From Podarcis erhardii (Eukaryota): 64,000 nt of DNA. The position numbers and the translations under genes were made by a program. Positions 1-8,711 of the stretch are shown here, in pieces. Location of the stretch: the NCBI GenBank assembly GCA_964252035.1, contig OZ176204.1. One strand, given 5' to 3'. Positions within the stretch are counted from its first letter, which is position 1; each line of letters opens with the position of its first letter. Under the pieces are notes generated by a model that saw nothing but the letters and a program-made list of their open reading frames with translations, searched no databases and was not told the origin of the DNA.

Positions 1-1655
1 TGCAGTCATCTACCCATGCAGATTTGAGCTGGCAACCTCCACCTTTGCCATACTGCATGATCTTGGACAGAAAACTAACCCAGAGAGCCAAACTTGAACA
101 TTAAGCCTAGTTCAGGAATATGGTATCACATAATTGGAGCCTACATCCATGTATTTTAGTAAGTAAAATGGATATTAACTCTAGGAATCTCCCTTCCAAA
201 CCTGGGTAGCACTGTCCCTGGAACATTTCGCTCCTCAGGGGATTGTGCATATTTTTTGCATATCTTTACAAGCCAATCTTTTTATTCCTAGATTTTTTTT
301 AAAAATGATCTAAACCTACAATAGATTTGGATTCTGCATAATGCAAGATCATAGAAAGAAGATTAATAAGGAATGGAAGTTGTATGTAGAGAAAACTCTT
401 CCTGCCTACTGTTGCTTTGATAGCTTTTGCTTATTTCATGGGTAAGAAAGATGACAGTTCAACTCTTTCTGAAAATGTCCTTGCAATGATTCAACTTTTG
501 TTCCAGGGTTGGCTATTCTGAGCCTTAGAATGATGCTTCAAGGGGACCTTAACCCATTAAATCATTCTATCTGAAAGCCAAAACCGCACCCTCCAACTGC
601 TGAATAAATAGATTCTCATGACAGAATAATTCATCTCCAGTCATGAAAACATCAACTTTAAACGACAGCTTGTAGAGACCCTGTGCTTGTTAGGGGCAGA
701 TCAGGAGCCCAGATGCTGCTGGGATGTAAACTCATGAAGGGAAGATTAATTTATCTGTCATCCTCAGCTTTGACAGTTGTTGTAAATCTGATTTTAGCTT
801 TTTGCTGCAATTGGTAGTGGAGGTTGGTGGGAACCTTTTTGGATTTGTGAAGAATTATGCTAAGCTAAGAAAATATAGTTAAGACTTTGAAACTTCAGAC
901 TTATGAACGGCCAGATATTTAGTAGTATTGGGCTTTTTAAAAAGCATAGTTGAGTAGGAAATGCTCACCACAGTACGACAGATTCCCCCCTCCAGTGTGT
1001 GTCTGGCACCCCTGAAAAGATCATCCCTATCAGATGGTTTGCTTACCTTGCCAGCTAGGAGCTTGGCACCAAAGACAAAGGAATTCAAATGTCGCCTCCC
1101 CCCCCCCTTCCACAATGACTGTACTGCCACAAGGACTGTATGTTTCATCCTGCTGCCCAGATGCCTCATTATTCTTTGCATGAAAATGCATTGATATATG
1201 TTCAAGATCTAATGGTTTTTGTTCTTCAAATCATAACTAATTGGAATTGTTCTACAGAATTGTTGCTAAACCAGTCACAAAAGTTACAGATATTGGCTCG
1301 GGAAAATGAATTGACCGGGACAGGTTGGGTATGCTAATATGAGGAGAGACTTCCATTGCTGGGTGTATTTATTGTATATCCCTCCAGCATTCAATTCCTG
1401 CAGGGCTGTGGAGACAAATAAGTCAGTGCCAATATTATCCTTTACCTAGCTGTACTGCAATATTTGGTTTGTTTCCCAAGCTTAAGGCTTGTTTTTGCAG
1501 GGGTGTAATTATTGGAGTTATACCTGTTTTGTTGGGTTGCAGATCAGTCAAAGTTGGAGCTGCACATAAGGAGCAGAGGCGGTTTTCCTTCCATGGAAGA
1601 CAAAGGTGTGGTGGGGATGGAAAAGAATTTGTAGGTTCTGGTGTGCCTAACAGTA

Positions 1656-1884
1656 CAGTGGTACCTTGGGTTAAGAACTTATTTCGTTCTGGAGGCCCGT
1701 TCTTAACCTGAAACTGTTCTTAACCTGAGGTACCACCTTAGCTAATGGGGCCTCCTGCTGCCACCACACTGCTGCCGCCACGCGATTTCTGTTCTCATCC
1801 TGAAGCAAAGTTCTTAACCCGAGGTACTCTTTCTGGGTTAGCGGAATCTGTAACCTGAAGCGTCTGTAACCCGAGGTACCACTG
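1656..1884. mobile_element. Tc1/mariner (Tigger/pogo-like) MITE
   Basis: TIRs cagtggtacct(t/c)gggtta ... taacccgaggtaccactg, flanked by TA at 1654-1655 and 1885-1886; related copies at 6364 and 40993. Confidence 0.85.
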
Positions 1885-2519
1885 TACCTCCAATGGTGCA
1901 TGGAATGGAGTTCAACAAATGCCTCCTCAAAAATCTACCATTCATCAGAGAGAGTTTCTTTTCCCTTCTCAGTTACTGTTTGCTCTGGCCCAGCCTCCCT
2001 TACATTGAAAATGCCCACATTTCCTTCCATTTGGAACTGAGGATCGGTGCAAAGAGCTTCTCTCTGTGAACCAGCAGAGAGTGGTTGATGTAGGTAATTT
2101 TCTTTCCACGGATGGGGGTGGCTTAATACTTTTCAGTTCTGCCCCCTTTTCTACCCTTATAGTTCTGGCAGCTGTTTTGTGTGATGCCATGCATCCACAG
2201 CAGCCATTCTGTGATAGGAAATTAAAAATGTTCCACACTGGCCCCAAATAGCTGGCAACTCCTGGGATAGACAATTTTTTAAAGCACTATTTGTATGTGA
2301 GGACTTGGAAGAATTAAAGTGTTCTGATAGGGTTGGCTCAGCAGTGTGTGGAAGTGGATCATCTTGCTTGGGAGGAATGAGTTTGAATAGGGTTCCCTTT
2401 GGTTATAAGACACAACCTGGGAGAGAATGGAAACACACCTTTTGTTTCTTACATATTTAATTTTGCTGCAAACTCTCAGGGCACAGGCTGCATTGTTTAT
2501 TTCTTTTTAATGGGGAATG

Positions 2520-2580
2520 CTGTGCAACTGTCTGTGAGCCCCAGGGATAAGGGTGGTCTATAAATCTGTAAAAAATAAAT
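2520..2580 (+). mobile_element. L2-type LINE 3' tail relic
   Basis: tgtgagccccagggataagggtggtctataaatctgtaaaaaataaat resembles the squamate L2 3' end; recognised from memory, diverged. Confidence 0.4.
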
Positions 2581-3010
2581 GTGTGCATATACAACCTTGG
2601 TGAGATGCAACGTGTTTCATGTCTTTAATTGGCATTCTCTTCTGTGAAAATGAGCTATATATTGTTTTTATCAATCTATGGTTTTAGTAATAAACAGTAT
2701 TCATTTTTTGTAGCAGACCATTCACGATTATCACTTGCAGTGCATGCAGTTATACTTAGAAAAGTGTTTCATATGCAACTGTTTTTTATTTGTATGTTTA
2801 GCTATGCAGATTGTCATTTGCAGGTGCATTACAGTTAGGTTTGCACACATGGTTCTACTGCCTTGGATAAGGAGGCAAGACTCCAGAATACTTCAGAGTG
2901 TTGAAATGGTGCTAAACTCCCTTATCTGCTTGTTCTCACCTCAAAAAGGAACTAGAGCAAGAGGGCAGGGGTTCTAATGTCACACAGGCTTCACTTTAAA
3001 TCTCGTAAAC

Positions 3011-3118
3011 TAGAGATGGGGAACTTGTTGAATTCCAGCTCCCATCAGCCCCAGCCACCATGGCCAATGGTCAGGGATGGTTGAAGCTGTAGTTCAGCAA
3101 CATCTGGAGGGTCACTGA
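3011..3118. mobile_element. Palindromic hAT-like MITE, right end cut by the YR retrotransposon
   Basis: agagatggggaac...ctcccatcagccccagcc...ggtcagggatgg...gtagttcagcaacatctggagggtcac matches a common lizard MITE; the right TIR is replaced by the YR element terminus. Confidence 0.55.
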
Positions 3119-3217
3119 TTGCGTGGACAGGTGGAGTCCCCAGATCCCGAGTGGTCCCCCCCGTCATGTGGAATAACGACTCTAGACAACGTGCTATGGG
3201 ATTAAATTGGCCACAAC

Positions 3218-3223
3218 TTTATT
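3218..3223 (-). terminator. Polyadenylation signal of the YR retrotransposon
   Basis: tttatt on + = AATAAA on minus (context AATAAAGTTGTGGCC), about 345 nt after the SGNH stop and about 100 nt before the element end. Confidence 0.55.
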
Positions 3224-3567
3224 AAATTTCAAATGTGGGTAGACCTTGGCTCAGGCATTGGGCGTTCTCCCTCCCTAGTCCCCAGCCGGGGACCTAGGGA
3301 GCATCAGGGTTATCCAGTGTGTGTGGGGGGGATGGGCCGGCTCTGGAGAACATATGTTCAAGCAGAGATAGCCGCCCCCATTACGCCGCCACAGGGGAGA
3401 GCAATGACGACCTTTCGGCGTACGGCCAAAGCCTCCCTTCAAAAACCCCTTTAACGGGGAACCCTGGTATCACCGCCGCAAAGAGGAAGATGGACTAAAG
3501 GATTCCGCCCAAGGCCTGATACCGCCACCCGAGACCGCAAAGATTGCAGTCTCGCCGCCAAGACTAC

Positions 3568-4146
3568 CTACATCTGAAAATCCCCTTTGCCATCCTCCAA
3601 CCAGTCAATCAGGCCATGCCTGATGTCGCTCAGCCAACGCTCGTTACCACGGTCCGATAGGTGCACGCCATCGGGCCGAAATAGCTCCTTCATGTAGACT
3701 TTAATGTTGGGGTGTTTTGCGACCCGACCTCCAATGCGAGTGATTGCAGAGCGCACTGCCCTATTGATTTTTTCAATGGTGTAATTAAGTCTAGTGGGTT
3801 TGATGTTGCCACGCCAATGCAAGCGTGGCAGAAGTTCGGACCAGAAAATTGTGATGTTGGGGTGAGCGGCATGTACGCTTTCCAGGTCCGTGATCGCTGT
3901 TTTAATCAGAATTATGCTTTTTTGCACGATCAAGTCATTTTCGCCAAGGTGGAGCACAACCGCGTTTGGCGGATGGTGGAACGCAAGTTCGTGACACAAC
4001 CGAGGGAGCAGGGCATCCCATCGCATTCCACGTTGGCCGAACCAGGAAATGGAGATCTTTGGCTGCAGACCCAGATGTTCTCCGCCTGGACCAGTAGTGG
4101 CATGGATGGCCGCCCAATGCACTATGCTGTGGCCGAAGATCCACAC
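3568..4146 (-). CDS. SGNH/GDSL-family hydrolase of the YR retrotransposon (no ATG; track start is GTG)
   Basis: All four SGNH blocks in order: IFGHS (Ser), GQRG (Gly), LHLGEND (Asn), DGVH (Asp/His); uninterrupted 192 codons. Confidence 0.88.
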   Translation of the reverse strand: MWIFGHSIVHWAAIHATTGPGGEHLGLQPKISISWFGQRGMRWDALLPRLCHELAFHHPPNAVVLHLGENDLIVQKSIILIKTAITDLESVHAAHPNITIFWSELLPRLHWRGNIKPTRLNYTIEKINRAVRSAITRIGGRVAKHPNIKVYMKELFRPDGVHLSDRGNERWLSDIRHGLIDWLEDGKGDFQM

Positions 4147-4176
4147 ACGTTTGGGGGTTGAGCCTGAAAGAAAGGA

Positions 4177-5085
4177 TTATATGGTATCTGTCAGTGTCTG
4201 CTGGTTGTTTCGAATATAGCCTTTGAAGGCAGCTGAACGCCACCGCCCCATTGTTTTTATGTGTTCTGCCGGGAGGCCGCTTGCAGCTGCCAAGGTTGCT
4301 GCACCAATACGAAATGAATGCCCAGAGAATTGTGCCGGGTCGCCTCCACAAGCATGGATGGCCTTACGCAATATTGAGACAAATTGGCAACGGGTCATGG
4401 GGCGGCCTGATGCATGAATGAGGAGGGGGCCTGGTCCCGGAGGACGTACCTTCAGGAATTTCCGTGTGTCCGCGACAGGGCATGGTCCAGTGTGTGGGGA
4501 GGAGGCTAGACTTAGCGTGGAACCCCTACCTAGTTGATCGGTTTTGGAGGCTTGGATTTTGACTTGTATCATGCGTCTGTCAAGGTTGATATCAGCCAGA
4601 GACAAGCCCCTGCGATGAGGTGACAATGTGCCCCCTATGCACTCCCCGATACGGAGTGCACCAAAGAAGGCCAGGGAGAAGGCTGCCCTGAAGAGCCTGA
4701 CCTCATAGTTGGACCAGCAAATTCTGGGGAGCGCATCCCAGATCAGCTGGAGGATTTCTATGGTTACTGGCCTCCTCTTATCTGGAATGGGCGGGTGGGA
4801 GCGACGCCACCCTGCAATAAGCTTCCTTACGTGGAAAGTGTTACAGGGGTCTGGGAGCCAAAAACAGTTGCTTAAGTAGGAGATAGCGGCCTTGTGCAGG
4901 CTGATGGTTTTAAGGGCCATGCCCCTACGCTTTAGGTGAACCAAATATTTTAGAACATCAGACTCCTTAGCTGTACGCCTGCGACGTAAGCCAAACTTAT
5001 CTCTGAACCCCTCGAATTGGGACCATGCTCTGGTGTAGGACCGCAGCGTTGATGGTGCAAGGGTGCTCAGAACTCCTGCTGTCAC
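4177..5085 (-). CDS. Tyrosine recombinase (integrase) of the retrotransposon
   Basis: Full catalytic set R (ALRIGE), K (SKTDQ), HxxR (GHSFRIG), W (GRW), Y (GYIR); N-terminal LAPSTLRSY typical of DIRS YRs; GTG start overlaps the RT-RH TGA (GTGA at 5085-5082). Confidence 0.92.
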   Translation of the reverse strand: MTAGVLSTLAPSTLRSYTRAWSQFEGFRDKFGLRRRRTAKESDVLKYLVHLKRRGMALKTISLHKAAISYLSNCFWLPDPCNTFHVRKLIAGWRRSHPPIPDKRRPVTIEILQLIWDALPRICWSNYEVRLFRAAFSLAFFGALRIGECIGGTLSPHRRGLSLADINLDRRMIQVKIQASKTDQLGRGSTLSLASSPHTGPCPVADTRKFLKVRPPGPGPLLIHASGRPMTRCQFVSILRKAIHACGGDPAQFSGHSFRIGAATLAAASGLPAEHIKTMGRWRSAAFKGYIRNNQQTLTDTI

Positions 5086-6074
5086 TTCTCCCGTCCAATT
5101 TCCCAGAGGTCCTCCAGAAAGGCTTCTGGGAGTTGATCGGCCTCGGGTGCTAGGTCGCGAAAGCGCTCCATCTGAAAGCGAGACAGGGCATCTGCGATGT
5201 CGTTATTGAGGCCCGGGATGAACCACGCAGAAAAGGAGATGTTACTTTTCAGACATTCCAGCACGAAGAGATGGAGCACGCGAATTACCCTGTTGGATTT
5301 TGCGGATTGCTTCGCAATGATTCTTACCACCGCCTGGTTGTCCGACCAGAAGCACACCCTGGTGTCCTTGAGGAGGTGCCCCCAAACACGGAGAGCCACT
5401 AGGATTGGGAAGAACTCAAGGAAAATTACATCACGTGTAATGCCCTCCTCGTGCCAAGATGTCGGCCAAGGCTGCGTGCACCAGTGACCCCTGAAGTAGA
5501 CGCCGAAGCCAAAGCAACCAGAGGCGTCAGAGTGCACCTGTAGCTGTTCCTTCGGCAGCAGCCAATCTTGCCAGAAGGACACCCCATTGTAACTTTCCAG
5601 GAAGGTTAGCCATATTTTGAGGTCTTCCCTTATGGTGTGGGTGACCCTGATGTGGTGATGGGGGGCAACACCGCCAGCCGTGAGACAGGCTAGGCGTGCG
5701 CAAAAGGCGCGACCGGGCGAGATAACCCTGCATGCAAAGTTGAGGTGTCCTAAGAGTGTCTGGACCTGACGCAACGTGGTCTTTTTCTGGGCCATCATGT
5801 TGGTTATCAATTCCCTCAACGTGGCGAGTTTGGCCAGGGGCAGGCGAGAGGTTTGGCTGACAGAATCCAGTTCAATACCCAGATATGAGATGACGGTGGT
5901 TGGACCTTCGGTCTTGTCCGCTGCCAACGGGATGCCCAATTCAGCTGCCAGCTGAATGAAGCATGCCAGCGCCCTAGCGCACGCGTCTGAGCCCGCTGGC
6001 TGGACGAAAAAGTAGTCATCTAGGTAATGGGTAATGCGGTGGGACCCTGACCTGCGTTTCATGGCCCATTCCAC
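5082..6074 (-). CDS. Reverse transcriptase (C-terminal half) plus RNase H, 5'-truncated
   Basis: YLDD motif, KTEGP..YLGIELDS, LGHLNFACRVI, RNase H DAS...E...SDN...NDIADALSR; homology (FSTFVEW) stops at about 6087 against non-coding sequence. Confidence 0.85.
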   Translation of the reverse strand: MEWAMKRRSGSHRITHYLDDYFFVQPAGSDACARALACFIQLAAELGIPLAADKTEGPTTVISYLGIELDSVSQTSRLPLAKLATLRELITNMMAQKKTTLRQVQTLLGHLNFACRVISPGRAFCARLACLTAGGVAPHHHIRVTHTIREDLKIWLTFLESYNGVSFWQDWLLPKEQLQVHSDASGCFGFGVYFRGHWCTQPWPTSWHEEGITRDVIFLEFFPILVALRVWGHLLKDTRVCFWSDNQAVVRIIAKQSAKSNRVIRVLHLFVLECLKSNISFSAWFIPGLNNDIADALSRFQMERFRDLAPEADQLPEAFLEDLWEIGREK

Positions 6075-6363
6075 GAATGTGCTGAAGCCAAGTGAGGATT
6101 AACAATTAAGATCCACCCTCTATTGTGTGGGCAGGTAATCCCTCCCCTTACCTGGCCTGGTTTCCCTGGCAACGCTTTCCCCAGGTGGGATTGGACAACT
6201 CACTGGGGTAGGCGGGGACCTCCAGGTATCCCACCTGAGGGAAGGCAAAGCCTATGCTGATGGGGCCACTCCAGATCCAGGGCTGCACGCGTCCACGCAA
6301 AAGGCGCCCCCCGTTTTAAGTGGGGAGCGGTCATTCCCTGGCCATGCCCTAAACTGTGATATA

Positions 6364-6572
6364 CAGTGGTACCTCTGGTTACGAACTTAATTCATTCTGG
6401 AGGTCTGTTCTTAAGCTGAAACTGTTCTTATCCGGAGGCGTACTTTCACTAATGGGGCCTCTGGCATGTGATTTCTGTTTGCATCCTGGGGCAAAGTTCG
6501 CAACCAGGAGCAGCGGAGCTCGTAACCTGAAGCATTCATAACCAGAAGCATTCGTAACCAGAGGTACCATTG
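6364..6572. mobile_element. Tc1/mariner (Tigger/pogo-like) MITE
   Basis: TIRs cagtggtacctctggttacgaa ... ttcgtaaccagaggtaccattg; TA on both sides; same family as 1656-1884. Confidence 0.85.
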
Positions 6573-6679
6573 TACTTCCATCAAAGGGTCACAGCATATT
6601 TTCTGCCCTGCTCCCACATTTATTCTACCTGTTTGCTGCTCAGTCAAAATAAATCCCCCATAAGTTACATAAAACAATA

Positions 6680-8600
6680 TAAGATCCAGACCTTTAAAAC
6701 TGTCCAGTCTATCAAATAACTAATAGTACGTAGCTCCTAACATTAGGGGGAAAGCTTGCTTAAACAATAACATTTTAAGAAAGCATCTAAAACGTAATAC
6801 AGAATGAGCTTACTTAACATTGTTTGGGAGGGAGTTTCATAGCTTAGATGCTGATACACTGAGTGCTCTGCTCCTGGTAGGGAGTCAGGAGTGGACACTA
6901 TGTGGCATTGTTAATAGTTCTTTTTCTTTTGATGATTGTTGTGATTGAAAAGGAATATATGGTGCAAGATAGTCCCTCAGGTTGTTCAGGGCATTGTATA
7001 CTAATAACAGAACCTTAAATTTGTCTCAGTGACGTATTAGCAGGTTTTTCAGCATAGGTTACACAGTATATGCTGTTGATAATCTGTATTCTGTCAACAG
7101 ATGAATTGCCACATTCTGTGCTAGCTGAAGCTTCTGGACCAATATTAAAAGCAGTCCTATACAGAGCACATTGTAGTAACCCATTAACAAATTTATCAGT
7201 ACATGAATCACTGTAGCTAAGCTATTTTACCAATCTAAGTTGGTAAAAGACACTCCTAGTCACAGAAGGCACCTGAACCTCAGGCAACAGAGATGAATCT
7301 AGGAACACTTCAGTCTGCTCTTTCAGATGGAGTGCAACCTCATCCAAAACAGGCAACTGGCATGGGAACCTCCTTCTACAAAGAATTCAAGCTCAGTTTA
7401 ATGTCCCTCATCCTGCTCATCGCTGCACCCGGGCACCGGTACAGGGCTTGCTTAGCCACTGCTGATTCAGATGTTATGGAGGACCCCCAAATCTCTAATG
7501 GTCACTCGCAGTGCCTTCTTTTGGTGTTATAGCATTGGAGAGAACAGGGAGCCCTGTGGAAGCCCATATCATAAATGCGAAGGGGCCCAAGGTACACTTT
7601 CTCTAAATGCTACTCTCTGCAGATAGGATTGGAATCACTGAGACACAGGTCACATCCATACTATGCATTTAAAGTATTATTATACTACTCAAAATAATCC
7701 TGGAACAGTAGTTTTAAGCGTGCTGGGAATCAGAACTCTGTGAGGGTTCTCCTAACAACTCCTAGTGCCCTCAACCAACAACAGTTCCCAGGATTCTTTG
7801 GGGAAACCTATGGCTGTTGAAATAGTATAAGAGCGTTTTAAATGTATAGTGTGGATGTGACCACACTGCCACCAATACCCAGTCTACAGAGTTGGTCCAA
7901 GAGGATACCATGTTTGATGGTATCAAGAGCTGCAGGGACATAAAGAAGAAACAAAGTCATACTCCCTTGATCTTACTCTCAATATAGGGTATCATCAGGG
8001 CACCCAAGGCTGATTCAGTTCTAAAACTAGCCTTGAAATCAGACTCAAACTCAGATTCAAACTCAAACTGATTGAGTCAGCTCAATCAGTATAGTCTAAT
8101 AATGCTTGCAGTTGCCCCAACATGACTGTCTCAAGCAATTTCCCTGGAAAGTTAGGCATTTGGAACCAGTGGATCCAGAGTGGGCTTCATATTGGGTCAC
8201 AATTTTATTAACAAGATAATGTAATTGACGGGGGAAGGGCTAAGGTATAGGGCTAGATGCCAATGTAAAATAGATTTCAAGTAATGGAAATGCCCACAAA
8301 AGAGTGGAAGCCCTTTCCTGTAACAGACCATGTGGAGAAGACCATGGCTGGAGAAGATTTTATGTGGAATTGTTTCTTCTTGTGCTAGAACCAATGTAAT
8401 GATCAAGTCTGGAGAAATAGTATCTTTCAAATATTCCCAAGCGAAAGTGTTGAATGCTGACCTGTCCTTACCATTCTCTCCTGTTGATTCCTCGTGCCAC
8501 AGCCATTCATTACCCCTGGGATTTCCCTTTCTGAGTTACATTTTTGCATGGGAGAGGAGCAGAGAAGCTGGGGTAGTGCAGGGGTCAGACCCATGGTTGG
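6680..8600 (-). mobile_element. Degraded L2/CR1-clade LINE, RT region, interrupted by a MITE
   Basis: Minus-strand remnants KPTLDP (~8170), TESALGAL..DQGSMTL..ALDTIKHGILLDQL.RLGIGG (~7870-8020), GLPQGSLFSPML (~7540) and YYNVL.IGL...VQKLQLAQNVA (~7110-7190); many stops and frameshifts; ends approximate. Confidence 0.72.
7648..7862. mobile_element. Palindromic MITE, probably PIF/Harbinger-like
   Basis: TIRs ggtcacatccatactatgcatttaaa / tttaaatgtatagtgtggatgtgacc; GG...CC ends; 3-bp direct repeat aca on both sides. Confidence 0.7.
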
Positions 8601-8634
8601 TCTCATGAAAAAGAAGTCAAATTGCAGTGGGATG

Positions 8635-8711
8635 GAGAGAGAGGGGGGGAGGGAGGGAGAGAGGGGGGGAGAGAGGGAGGGAGAGAGAGAGAAACAGGCA
8701 AAGAGAGAGAC
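8635..8711. repeat. Polypurine (GA/GGGA) low-complexity tract
   Basis: gagagagaggggggagggagggagagagg... seen directly. Confidence 0.85.

Larger units (their letters stand above)
3119..6350 (-). mobile_element. Tyrosine-recombinase retrotransposon (Ngaro/DIRS group), lacking gag and the N-terminal RT
   Basis: Consecutive minus-strand ORFs for RT-RNase H, YR and SGNH hydrolase; AATAAA in the 3' UTR; much higher GC and CpG than the flanks; no TSD seen, as expected for YR integration. Termini approximate. Confidence 0.9.

Noticed and set aside
3712-4161. 149-aa plus-strand ORF, and other small ORFs overlapping the YR element
   Set aside because: Antisense shadows of GC-rich coding sequence; no recognisable motifs.
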